From positions 58,665 through 122,664 of the forward strand of contig CP070632.1 in assembly GCA_020356065.1 (NCBI GenBank): 64,000 nt of DNA, read 5' to 3'. The notes under the pieces were generated by a model. The model worked only from the letters and a program-made list of their open reading frames with translations. It searched no databases and had not been told where the DNA came from. The first letter of the stretch is position 1. Each line of letters opens with the position of its first letter. The position numbers and the translations under genes are program-made. Shown in pieces: positions 31,169-40,540 of the stretch. Origin of the DNA: Nitrospiraceae bacterium. GTDB taxonomy: Bacteria; Nitrospirota; Thermodesulfovibrionia; UBA6902.

Positions 31169-31259
31169 ATCTGTAATTTAACTGATTATTTCTTATAAAA
31201 TAAACCGATGTCAGTTAAGGTATAATTAACAACTTCATATAGATATCATTATTCAGAAC

Positions 31260-31649
31260 ATGACTGCATATTTCAATACACATAATTTGGAGGGAAAAAT
31301 GTCATATAAAATAAATTTTAATATTGAACTGGATTGTCTGGATAGGGATGAATTATTGGAAAGAATAAACGGACAATTCAATTTTGTGCTGATAGATACA
31401 ATTGGAAAATATGATGGGAACAGGTTCAAAATTAAAGGGGCTACAACAATCTCCTATCCTGAGGTTGTGGATAGACGCAAAGAGTTTGAATTATTTGATG
31501 AAATTATCATTTACTGCAAACATAAGGATTGCATGGCTTCAAAAAAAGTTGCAATTGGCTTAAAAATGCTTAATATACCTAATGTGAAAATATATGAGGG
31601 AGGAATAGACGAATGGATTGCAAATAACCTGCCTGTAGAACAAGAATAA
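31260..31649 (+). CDS. Rhodanese-like sulfurtransferase (single domain)
   Basis: Rhodanese fold with a candidate active-site Cys loop 'IIYCKHKDCMASKK'. Confidence 0.65.
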   Translation: MTAYFNTHNLEGKMSYKINFNIELDCLDRDELLERINGQFNFVLIDTIGKYDGNRFKIKGATTISYPEVVDRRKEFELFDEIIIYCKHKDCMASKKVAIGLKMLNIPNVKIYEGGIDEWIANNLPVEQE

Positions 31650-31678
31650 TATACTCCTTCATTATACTACATTTTTAT

Positions 31679-32005
31679 TTACTCACTGAAGATAAACTTG
31701 CAGCAGCCCAGGTCCAGAACCTGGTTGTCTTCAGAAAGGTGTGACCTGAGGTTTTCTGTAACATGATAAATTCTGTGTATCCCGTCTTTTCTTTTCTGTA
31801 CCAGTCCGCTGGTTTCAAGGATCTTCAGGTGCTTTGAAATATTATATGTCTTGATATCCAGAGATTCAGAAAGGTCCTGAACAGAGGACTCCTGCTTCAG
31901 GAGCGTATGAATGATCTGAAGACGGTTTTCATCAGCCAGAGCCTTTAATATCGAAGTCCAGTTAAGCGTAGACTCAATTCGTGACTTTTTCCCCTTGTAT
32001 TCCAT
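31679..32005 (-). CDS. ArsR/SmtB-family transcriptional regulator
   Basis: 'LKALADENRLQIIHTL' winged helix-turn-helix. C-terminal Cys pair 'GCCK'. Confidence 0.75.
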   Translation of the reverse strand: MEYKGKKSRIESTLNWTSILKALADENRLQIIHTLLKQESSVQDLSESLDIKTYNISKHLKILETSGLVQKRKDGIHRIYHVTENLRSHLSEDNQVLDLGCCKFIFSE

Positions 32006-32270
32006 ATTTTTTATATATTCTATTACAGAAGTAAAATCAAGAGAATGTTATTCTCTAATCATTTGGATATAAAACAGATTTTGAATAGTAATATTAATAT
32101 AGTTTAACAGATTCTGTTATTACTTGCCAAAGTCAGCAAATAATAAATTGCATATTAATAATCGTCTTATAAATATTTCTAATTGCTCCAGTAAATTATA
32201 GTATGTTATAATGCGTCGATTGATTTTCTTGACTCTTTTTTAAAATCTAACAGTTAATCAGGAAATTATC

Positions 32271-33791
32271 ATGCTGCTATATATATTTCTGGTTGTATAC
32301 TTTCTCATCCTGTTCACGGTTTTTGTTTATTCCTCCCACAGGTATTACATGGTGTATCTTTATTACAAACATCAGAAAGATAAACCTGTCCTTAAAAAGA
32401 AACTCGACAAGCTTCCCCAAGTGACCGTACAACTTCCAATTTATAACGAAATGTATGTCACCAGGAGATTGATACAGGCATCGTGTAATATTGACTACCC
32501 GGTTGAACTGCTCGAAATCCAGGTCCTGGATGATTCAACTGATGAGACGACTGAAGTGGCCCGCACATGCGTCGAGGAACTCAGAGCAAAAGGTTATGAC
32601 ATTCAATATATTCACAGGGAAAACAGAGCGGGCTTTAAAGGGGGTGCGCTTGCAAATGGACTGAAAACAGCGAAAGGTGAGTTTGTGGCAGTGTTTGATG
32701 CTGATTTCGTCCCCCAGAAGGACATTCTGAAGAAAACGATTCATTTCTTTGCGGACCCGACCGTGGGAATGGTACAGACCAGATGGTCCTATCTGAACAG
32801 GGCATATTCATTTCTGACAAGGATTCAGGCGATCATGCTTGACGGGCACTTTGTAATTGAACATACAGCAAGAAACTGGTCAGGGAGATTTTTTAATTTT
32901 AACGGTACAGCCGGCGTGTGGAGGAAAGAGGCCATTCAGACTGCAGGGGGCTGGCAGAATGATACGCTCACCGAAGACCTGGACCTGAGCTATAGATCAC
33001 AGCTTAAGGGATGGAAGTTTATATTTCTGAAAGATGAACTGTCACCGTCAGAAATTCCTGTTGAAATTAACGGTTTTAAAAGTCAGCAGCACAGGTGGGC
33101 AAAGGGATCGATACAGACAGCAAAAAAACTCCTCCCCCAATTATTGAAAAGCGATCTGCCCTTAAAAATTAAAGTCGAGGCTTTTTTTCATCTTACCAAT
33201 AATATTTCGTATCTGCTGATGCTGGTACTTTCGGTTTTAATATATCCTTCGATGGTTGCAAGAATCAACATCGGCTGGTTTCAGATGCTGGTTACCGACG
33301 TACCTTTCCTTTTATTTGCAACGGTCGGGATATCTTTCTTTTACACCTGTTCGCAGAGGGAGGCTTATAAAAACTGGAGGTCAAGAATTCTCTATCTTCC
33401 CATGCTCATGTCTCTCGGGATCGGGCTTTCCGTTAACAACTCAAAGGCTGTTCTAGAAGCGATCTTTAACAGACAGACAGAATTTAAACGGACCCCGAAA
33501 TACAGCATAGAAGCAAAAAAAGACAGCTGGCTTGGGAAGAAATACAGGGGAGAGATAAATTTTCTGGTTATCATGGAACTGCTGCTGGGTGTGTATTTCT
33601 CATTCAATATTTATTTTGCATTCATTAACAAGATTTATGTATCGATACCGTTTCTGATGATATTTCAGATGGGATATTTTTATGTTGCCTTTCTCTCGAT
33701 TTTTCAAGTAATATTAAACGCCATAACTTCGAACAGACTGGCACGCCACATTATTTCAAAAAGAAACACGGAAGACGTCATTGCTGCTTAG
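32271..33791 (+). CDS. Membrane-embedded processive family-2 glycosyltransferase (cellulose/chitin/PNAG-synthase-like)
   Basis: DxD 'DDSTDET', 'DADF', and the 'QQHRWAKG' QxxRW processivity motif. N- and C-terminal transmembrane helices. No C-terminal PilZ. Confidence 0.7.
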   Translation: MLLYIFLVVYFLILFTVFVYSSHRYYMVYLYYKHQKDKPVLKKKLDKLPQVTVQLPIYNEMYVTRRLIQASCNIDYPVELLEIQVLDDSTDETTEVARTCVEELRAKGYDIQYIHRENRAGFKGGALANGLKTAKGEFVAVFDADFVPQKDILKKTIHFFADPTVGMVQTRWSYLNRAYSFLTRIQAIMLDGHFVIEHTARNWSGRFFNFNGTAGVWRKEAIQTAGGWQNDTLTEDLDLSYRSQLKGWKFIFLKDELSPSEIPVEINGFKSQQHRWAKGSIQTAKKLLPQLLKSDLPLKIKVEAFFHLTNNISYLLMLVLSVLIYPSMVARINIGWFQMLVTDVPFLLFATVGISFFYTCSQREAYKNWRSRILYLPMLMSLGIGLSVNNSKAVLEAIFNRQTEFKRTPKYSIEAKKDSWLGKKYRGEINFLVIMELLLGVYFSFNIYFAFINKIYVSIPFLMIFQMGYFYVAFLSIFQVILNAITSNRLARHIISKRNTEDVIAA

Positions 33792-33866
33792 CGGGCATGT
33801 ATGAAAAGATCCGGAAGCGGAATAAATAATATTTTATTAAATCTAATTCTAAAGGAGAGCGTAATT

Positions 33867-34904
33867 ATGAAGAAGATTTTGTTGGTGGCTTTCTTGTTAA
33901 TCACAGCATTGATTTTTACAGCTGGTGATGCCTTTTCTGCATGGACACAGCCCAAAGGATATGCTTACAATCAATTATCCTTCAGTTATTACAAAACGAA
34001 TGAGAAATGGACAACATTAGGACTCAACGCCGATGGTGAGGTCATTGACCTGGATGTTGATGTGGAAAAGACCGATACTGAAGATTTTACCTCTACAAAG
34101 ATTTCCTACTACAGTGAGTACGGAATAATTGATAAACTGACCATATTCTATTCATTTGGATATGACTGGCAGAAATCTGATGATGTTCAGAAATTCACAG
34201 ATGAAAACGGTCCGAGTGGCATAGGAGATATAGATCTTGGATTACGATATCATCTCATGGACAATATCGCGGGAACCGGCATTCTGTCGTCAGCACAGGT
34301 GAAACTAAAAATTCCTGAGGCGTATGATTATGGTAACCCAGTTACAAAACTCAGTCTTGGAGACGGCCAGTATGATGCTACGTTTGCACTGTTGTTTGGA
34401 AGAGGCTTCAGCAAGGGATATGCATGGCTTAACGCAGGCTATAAGTACAGGTTTGAAAATAAAGAGCATGATCCTATTACGTTCAAGCCGTCTGACCAGG
34501 TCAAGGTTTCCTTTGGCGGCGGGTATCCTCTTTTATCATGGTTGTCAATAGGAGGCCTTGTTGACTGGACCAAGTCTGTCGGCAATGCAGAAGTGTCAGA
34601 TGAACTATTAATAGCCAATTATCCAGCCGGGGGAAAAACTTGGCATGGTGATACTGTAGTTATTAAAGACTCCCTTGGCCTTGAGCCGAGCGCCCTGAGT
34701 CTTGGTGTTGATCTGATCTTTGATATATCCAAGTTTGTACCGGTTATGAAGGAAACATTCCCGAGCAAATCAATTGTCTTTTCTTTTGTAACGGATGTGG
34801 CCGGTTTCGGACCTTTTAAAACCGAGGATTACTCTCTCGGCAGGACGTACAGCGTTGCTTTTGTATTTCCGGGTAAGGGTTTTTTCCCGGTCAACCTGTT
34901 CTAA
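33867..34904 (+). CDS. Outer-membrane β-barrel protein (putative exopolysaccharide export porin)
   Basis: Signal peptide 'MKKILLVAFLLITALIFTAGDAFSA' after an AAAGGAGAG ribosome-binding site. Alternating amphipathic strands. C-terminal '...FPVNLF' terminal-Phe β-barrel signature. The ORF-track start at 33801 is probably too long. Confidence 0.5.
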   Translation: MKKILLVAFLLITALIFTAGDAFSAWTQPKGYAYNQLSFSYYKTNEKWTTLGLNADGEVIDLDVDVEKTDTEDFTSTKISYYSEYGIIDKLTIFYSFGYDWQKSDDVQKFTDENGPSGIGDIDLGLRYHLMDNIAGTGILSSAQVKLKIPEAYDYGNPVTKLSLGDGQYDATFALLFGRGFSKGYAWLNAGYKYRFENKEHDPITFKPSDQVKVSFGGGYPLLSWLSIGGLVDWTKSVGNAEVSDELLIANYPAGGKTWHGDTVVIKDSLGLEPSALSLGVDLIFDISKFVPVMKETFPSKSIVFSFVTDVAGFGPFKTEDYSLGRTYSVAFVFPGKGFFPVNLF

Positions 34905-34951
34905 ACGCTGTTCATTCGTTTCCGGTGATTATCCGGACTTGACGATCTTTT

Positions 34952-34996
34952 ATAAATTTTATCCCGACCCTTACATAGGATCGGGATAAAATTTAT
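34952..34996 (+). promoter_or_regulatory. Perfect 16-bp inverted repeat ATAAATTTTATCCCGA / TCGGGATAAAATTTAT with 13-nt loop, between the OMP and TPR genes
   Basis: Seen directly. Either an intercistronic terminator/attenuator or a protein-binding palindrome. Confidence 0.4.
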
Positions 34997-35053
34997 CTGC
35001 AAATTACGAAGCTGTCAGGTATATACCTTAGTGTCAGTTCAGGATGTGCACAC

Positions 35054-35665
35054 ATGAACATAAAAAAGGTTCTCCCTCTGCTCATCATAATCTCTGTTTC
35101 GAGCGTTCTTGCTCTTTATATGTATCATCACAGATACACGCTTACTGCTCTATTTTACCAGACATTCCGGGAGCAGAACAGGGCGATCGATAACTTCAAG
35201 ATGGCCATAGAACGTGATCAGGGAAATGTGTATGCATATTATCAGCTTGGATTAATATATAAGGAAAGAAAAGAGTATGCCAAGGCCGAGAATATATATC
35301 TGAAGCTGTTAGATCTGGCCCCTGAGCATCCCTTTGCCAATTATGATCTGGGATTCATATATCGGGAGCTGAAATTATTTCAAAAAGCGATGAGGCATTA
35401 CGAGAAGGCTCTGGAGATAGATCCACGGAATACATACGCACTATCTGATATTGGATATATTTACAAGGAGCAGGGTATGTATGGTAAAGCTGTTGTCCAG
35501 TTTGAGAAGGTCCTCGCAATTGAACCTGACCATAAATATGCCTTATGGGACATTGCCGAGGTCTATGAAAGGATGGGGATGAAAGAACGGGCTGACGAAC
35601 AATACAAATATTATCACGAAAGGACGGACTGCAGTTTCACAAAAGTCTGGAATTGTTTTGATTGA
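35054..35665 (+). CDS. TPR-repeat protein with N-terminal signal-anchor
   Basis: Four to five TPR units, e.g. 'AYYQLGLIYKERKEYAKAENIYLKLLDLAPEHP'. The stop codon directly abuts the next gene's start. Confidence 0.75.
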   Translation: MNIKKVLPLLIIISVSSVLALYMYHHRYTLTALFYQTFREQNRAIDNFKMAIERDQGNVYAYYQLGLIYKERKEYAKAENIYLKLLDLAPEHPFANYDLGFIYRELKLFQKAMRHYEKALEIDPRNTYALSDIGYIYKEQGMYGKAVVQFEKVLAIEPDHKYALWDIAEVYERMGMKERADEQYKYYHERTDCSFTKVWNCFD

Positions 35666-37666
35666 TTGAATATTATTTCCTATATCCTCATAAATCTGCT
35701 GCTTTTTTCTTCCTGGTACACATTCCTATTTAACAAGAGGGGATTCATACCTTTTGTTGACCGGCTCATTGGGACTTCTGTATTTGCCCTGACACAGATA
35801 ATATTGACTGAAATGTTCCTTGGGGTTTTATTTAAAGCACTCTACAGTTCAAGCCTGCTGTCTCTTAATCTGATTATATCCATGACAGTATTGACATATT
35901 CCCTCCGCTTCGGGAGTGTCACTGCAGGAACTCCTCTTTCAGTTTATATAATATCGGTCTTTGTTGAGCTGGGAGAAAAGAGCAAACGGTTTTTCAGTAT
36001 CATTGGCAATGACATTATATTAACTTTAATATTCAGTCTTTTTTGCATTTTAATCGGCTGGATGATTTTCATTGCATATCTTTTCCCTTCGTATACGTGG
36101 GATGCTCTGTGGTACCATCTCCCGATAGTCGGGTATATCATGCAGAATGGAGCTGTCCAGGAGCTTGCCAACAACTCATTTATAGAGCAGTTTATAAATA
36201 TTTTTCCGAAAAACATAGAGTTGTTCTTCCTCTGGAACATAATATTTCTTAAAAGCGATGTCTTGATTGATCTGAGCCAGATGTTATTTACACTGGTCGG
36301 GGTATTAGCAGTGTTCAGTATGGCAATAAAACTTGAAATTCGGGAAGAGTACGCTATGTACGCTGCTTTATTGTTTTTCTTTACACCGGTTATTATTCTA
36401 CAGTCCACAACCAACTATGTAGATATTGCTATTTCTGTTTTATTTCTTGCCGCCCTGAATTTTTTAATCAGCAACTGCGAGCTGACGTCCTGGAACAGTG
36501 TGATGGTAATTAACAATATTAAGCAGAGAAAAATGTTTCTGCTTCTGGGAGGACTGACTACAGGCATACTGCTTGGTGCAAAGGGATCAGGCCCGTTGTT
36601 CCTTGTCATACTCTCTGCACTGGTCATGATACAGAAAGTAAGGAAATATATGGCTTATACTCGGAATCCGGACATGTTAAAGGAATACATAGCCCGGAAA
36701 GTTATGAAATCATATCTCATATATTTTATTGTCCCGGCTGTCATGATGGGAGGGTACTGGTATATGAAGAACTGGGTTTTATATGACAATCCGGTATATC
36801 CAATGGATGTGTCAATCATGGGCAAGGTATTGTTCAAGGGTTTATATAAGGATATGATTGAGCCGGTCCCGGATACCATTAAAAAGCTTTCTTTCTTTGC
36901 AAGACCAATATATGTCTGGATGGAACATATTGAATTTTATTTATATGATTCCAGGCTCGGCGGTTTGGGACCCATATGGTTTATTCTTTTTATTCCCAGC
37001 CTGGTTTTTTCAACTTTACATGCTCTGAAAAACAGAAAATATCAATTCCTTGCTGTTGTGGCTATTATTATGACAGGTTTTTTTATCTATCCACGACACT
37101 GGACGCCAAGATATGTAATATTTATTGTAGGACTGGGTGCGCTGTCATTTGCATATATTATGGACTTCTTTTATGTTAGAGACAGAATAATCAGACTAAT
37201 CGTGCTTTTGCTTACCGCATATACATTTTTAACGGTCAATTCCCCGTGCGTTACTCCTGCACAAATTAAACATTTCGTCAATCTTCCTGCCAGTGAAAGG
37301 ACGATTGCGCGTCATGCTCCATATAATATAGATATACATGCCCGGCAGGAATACGGACACTGGATCTGGATAAGTGATAACATAAAGACAGGTGAAACTT
37401 TGGCCTATACATTTGAACCATTGTTCCTCTCGCCATTATGGAACAGCGGATTTTCAAACTCTATTATATATATTAAAGCAGAATCATATAATGAATGGTT
37501 AAAGGATCTGGAGATGAACATGGTCTCATATGTACTTGTAAGAACAAAATCTAAAGAGGACAAATGGGTAGAGGCCAGTTATTCCCTTATCTGGATGGGG
37601 ATGAGGGAAAGGTTTAACGTTGAATATGCTGACGATCATTACAAAATCATAAGGTTTTTAAAGTGA
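35666..37666 (+). CDS. Large polytopic membrane protein, putative GT-C-fold glycosyltransferase (PMT/ArnT/YfhO-like)
   Basis: At least 11 transmembrane helices followed by a roughly 150-aa C-terminal soluble domain. Paired with a DPM1-like GT2 downstream. Assignment is by architecture only. Confidence 0.35.
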   Translation: MNIISYILINLLLFSSWYTFLFNKRGFIPFVDRLIGTSVFALTQIILTEMFLGVLFKALYSSSLLSLNLIISMTVLTYSLRFGSVTAGTPLSVYIISVFVELGEKSKRFFSIIGNDIILTLIFSLFCILIGWMIFIAYLFPSYTWDALWYHLPIVGYIMQNGAVQELANNSFIEQFINIFPKNIELFFLWNIIFLKSDVLIDLSQMLFTLVGVLAVFSMAIKLEIREEYAMYAALLFFFTPVIILQSTTNYVDIAISVLFLAALNFLISNCELTSWNSVMVINNIKQRKMFLLLGGLTTGILLGAKGSGPLFLVILSALVMIQKVRKYMAYTRNPDMLKEYIARKVMKSYLIYFIVPAVMMGGYWYMKNWVLYDNPVYPMDVSIMGKVLFKGLYKDMIEPVPDTIKKLSFFARPIYVWMEHIEFYLYDSRLGGLGPIWFILFIPSLVFSTLHALKNRKYQFLAVVAIIMTGFFIYPRHWTPRYVIFIVGLGALSFAYIMDFFYVRDRIIRLIVLLLTAYTFLTVNSPCVTPAQIKHFVNLPASERTIARHAPYNIDIHARQEYGHWIWISDNIKTGETLAYTFEPLFLSPLWNSGFSNSIIYIKAESYNEWLKDLEMNMVSYVLVRTKSKEDKWVEASYSLIWMGMRERFNVEYADDHYKIIRFLK

Positions 37667-37904
37667 TGAATATAAAAGACAGGCGGGACTAATATTATTT
37701 TCTGTTTATAATATGCATAGCTGTTCTTGCATTCTATTATTTCACCATGTAGGAAAGAGCGGCCTTTATAAAGCAGCAGTTAATATGGTGGTGAGAGTTT
37801 TTTAGATAGTAACATGAATTATGCAAAATATATGAATGAGTTAACTCGAAAAAGTTTCTATAATCTTCAGGAGTTAAGGTGTCAAGGATTCAAGGAGTAC
37901 AGTT

Positions 37905-37962
37905 AGAAGTCGCTTGATTCCTGGGATTTCGAAGCGAGTCTACGCAAGAGTCGCTACGACCT
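37905..37962. repeat. Intergenic repeat copy C (TTCGAAGCGAGTCTACGC / GAGTCGCTACGACC palindromic core)
   Basis: Shares the TCGAAGCGA and GCGTAGACTC / GAGTCTACGC segments with copy B. Seen directly. Confidence 0.3.
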
Positions 37963-37998
37963 GTAATTCCATTTCTAACTAAATGTGAGAAATAAATC

Positions 37999-38691
37999 AT
38001 GCTTGATGACAAAAAAATAGCTGTCATCATACCGGCCTTAAATGAAGAATCCACACTTCCTCTTGTGTTGAAAGATATATCAAGAGAGCTGGTGGATGAA
38101 ATAGTTGTTATTGATAACGGCAGCAGTGACAGGACCGCTGTAATAGCAAGAAATGCCGGGGCAACAGTCCTTCATGAAACCAAAAAGGGTTACGGATATC
38201 CCTGTCTGAAAGGAATTGAACACATCAAAACCAGCAGGGCAGATGTTCTGGTCTTTGTAGATGGCAATTACAGTGATCACCCTGATGAAATCATGAATCT
38301 GGTAGAACCGATAGTAAGAAATGATTATGATCTTGTTCTTGGATCCAGAACTCTTGGACAGGCTGAAGAAGGATCATTAAGGGTGCCTGTACGATTTGGA
38401 AACTGGCTTGCTACAGTCCTGATCAGCCTTTTTTATAATTATAAATACAGTGATGTTGGTCCATTCAGGGCGATTAAATTTGACAGGCTTCTTGACCTTG
38501 ATATGCATGATAACCTCGGATGGACAATCGAGATGCAGGTAAAAGCCGTCAGGAGAAAATACAGGATAACCGAAGTGCCTGTCAGTTACCGGACTGGAAC
38601 GGGAAAGTCAAAGTTAACGGGAAATATAAGGGGCATTGCTGTTGTTGGATACAGGATAATCAGGGCTATACTTAAAAATCTTTTTTACTAG
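37999..38691 (+). CDS. Family-2 glycosyltransferase, DPM1/GtrB-like polyprenyl-phosphate sugar synthase (soluble form)
   Basis: 'IAVIIPALNEE', 'VIDNGSSDRT' and 'DGNYSDHPDE' (DxD). 230 aa. Confidence 0.75.
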   Translation: MLDDKKIAVIIPALNEESTLPLVLKDISRELVDEIVVIDNGSSDRTAVIARNAGATVLHETKKGYGYPCLKGIEHIKTSRADVLVFVDGNYSDHPDEIMNLVEPIVRNDYDLVLGSRTLGQAEEGSLRVPVRFGNWLATVLISLFYNYKYSDVGPFRAIKFDRLLDLDMHDNLGWTIEMQVKAVRRKYRITEVPVSYRTGTGKSKLTGNIRGIAVVGYRIIRAILKNLFY

Positions 38692-38735
38692 AACTAATTA
38701 TGCATACCTTTTGTTAACAAAAAAGAAAAACTGAA

Positions 38736-39893
38736 TCATAGATGTGAGATGAGGTCCCTTTTGTATACAGAATAAAATGCAAAAGGAACAGTAATAACCA
38801 TGCCCAGCAACACGGTTCCCATAATAACCTCGATGAAAGGTCCGGCGGAAAAGATAAAACGCAGGGGTACATGATCTGCCTGAATAACGGTCACGATGAG
38901 TGCAATAGTCTGTCCTGCAATGGAACCAAGGAGTGTTATCCAGACTGTTCTGAAAGTAAGTATCTTGAGAATGATATTCTGTGCAGTCCCCAGTGTATAT
39001 ACTGTTGATATTTCGGATTTTCTGGCGTCGAGGTTAATATAGGTGCTGATCATGATACAGAAGGCTATCAGAATAAATGCTATGGTGTACAGGGCCTTCT
39101 GATACGTTTCCAATGTTGAATCTACCTCTTTCTCAGCCGTATCACCCCGGTATGCATCAACAGTGTTTAACTGACTGCTGTATTCATTAAGCAGTGATTT
39201 CAGTTGTTCATAAGATGGCAGGGAAGCGGGGAACAGCCGTATCTCATTAATACGCCCTGAGTGACCTGTAATGTCCTGCAGGACAGAGAGTGGTAAAAAA
39301 ACAGATGCGTCTTCAATCCCTCCTGTTGTAGGGATGATTCCGGCGACTGTATACGTCCCGGAGCCGATCATGACTGTATCATTCATTACTTTTCCCAATT
39401 TATCAGAAGCAACTTTACCTAGTATGACCTCATTATCCCTGATCGAATATTCTGAAAATGGATAAGAGTAAACATTTGAAAACTCTATTCCGGTAACCGG
39501 TATCTTTTTGCCGTCTACCTGCAGTCTTAATGTGAATCTGGGTTCAGCATAACGAAGGTGTGAAAAGAACTTTTGTTTAATATCGTTGAAGAGTGAAAGT
39601 GGATAATACCGCCCTTTAAAATTTGCCGTTACAAGATCAGACGAGTCTGTACCTTTGGGTATGAGTATCAGGGATGGTCCGATATAATCGATCCTGTTGT
39701 TGACAGAGCTCTTCTTGGCCTTACCCAGAAGATCGAGCGATACAGGCAGTGCGACCAGCAAGGATACAAGTATGACATTAATGATAAAAACCGCTTTACG
39801 GCCTGTGAGCTCCTGCCATGAAAGCCAGAGACTGAATGGGGCAGACAGTAATGCTGATTTACCGATTGTTGGTTCCGTTTGTGAATTTTCCAT
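38736..39893 (-). CDS. ABC transporter permease, FtsX/MacB/LolE-like
   Basis: N-terminal transmembrane helix, large periplasmic domain, and three C-terminal transmembrane helices of the FtsX fold. Confidence 0.65.
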   Translation of the reverse strand: MENSQTEPTIGKSALLSAPFSLWLSWQELTGRKAVFIINVILVSLLVALPVSLDLLGKAKKSSVNNRIDYIGPSLILIPKGTDSSDLVTANFKGRYYPLSLFNDIKQKFFSHLRYAEPRFTLRLQVDGKKIPVTGIEFSNVYSYPFSEYSIRDNEVILGKVASDKLGKVMNDTVMIGSGTYTVAGIIPTTGGIEDASVFLPLSVLQDITGHSGRINEIRLFPASLPSYEQLKSLLNEYSSQLNTVDAYRGDTAEKEVDSTLETYQKALYTIAFILIAFCIMISTYINLDARKSEISTVYTLGTAQNIILKILTFRTVWITLLGSIAGQTIALIVTVIQADHVPLRFIFSAGPFIEVIMGTVLLGMVITVPFAFYSVYKRDLISHL

Positions 39894-40539
39894 TCTGGAG
39901 GTGCAGTACTTTTTGAGCGTAGGCAGCTACTTCTTCTTCATGAGTCACGATTATAACCGTATGACCACTGCTGTTCAGCTCTTTGAAAAGAGACATGACT
40001 TCCCGGGTCATGGCAGGGTCAAGATTTCCGGTAGGCTCATCAGCAAGGATAATATCCGGGTTGTTTATCACACTTCTGCATAAGGCGACCCTCTGTCTCT
40101 CCCCCACACTGAGTTCAGAAAAGTTATGTTCCAGCCTGGCTCCTAGACCGAACCTCTGCAGCAGCTCAGAGGCCCTTTCATTGGCTTTTTTCCTCGATTT
40201 TATGGTGAGCATGGCAGGTACGGAAACATTGTCCAGTGCGCTCAGGTAGGGTATGAGATTGAACGTCTGAAACACAAACCCTATCTCCCGAAGCCTGAGA
40301 CCAGCCCTGTAGGAAGGAGTTGTATCATACATGTTTTTGCCATTTAAAAGGACTTCTCCTTCTGACGGGTTTAAAAGCGCGCCGATGATAAACAGCAGGG
40401 TACTTTTTCCGCTGCCGCTTGGTCCCACTATTGACAGGAACTCACCTTTTTCTACCTTCAGATTAATGTCTGTCAGCGCTGCCACCTGCTCCTTTTTATT
40501 ATTGATAAAGTCTCTTGCTACATTTTTAAGTTCCAGCAT
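39859..40539 (-). CDS. ABC transporter ATP-binding protein (LolD/MacB-type)
   Basis: Walker A 'GPSGSGKST', signature 'LSVGERQRVALCR', Walker B 'ILADEPTGNLD'. Confidence 0.85.
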   Translation of the reverse strand: MLELKNVARDFINNKKEQVAALTDINLKVEKGEFLSIVGPSGSGKSTLLFIIGALLNPSEGEVLLNGKNMYDTTPSYRAGLRLREIGFVFQTFNLIPYLSALDNVSVPAMLTIKSRKKANERASELLQRFGLGARLEHNFSELSVGERQRVALCRSVINNPDIILADEPTGNLDPAMTREVMSLFKELNSSGHTVIIVTHEEEVAAYAQKVLHLQNGKFTNGTNNR

Positions 40540-40540
40540 A

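Noticed and set aside
31679-32005. ArsR regulator as a BigR/SqrR-type persulfide sensor controlling the rhodanese
   Set aside because: Only a C-terminal CC pair is present. The conserved N-terminal plus C-terminal Cys pair of BigR/SqrR is not seen, so this stays an untested possibility.
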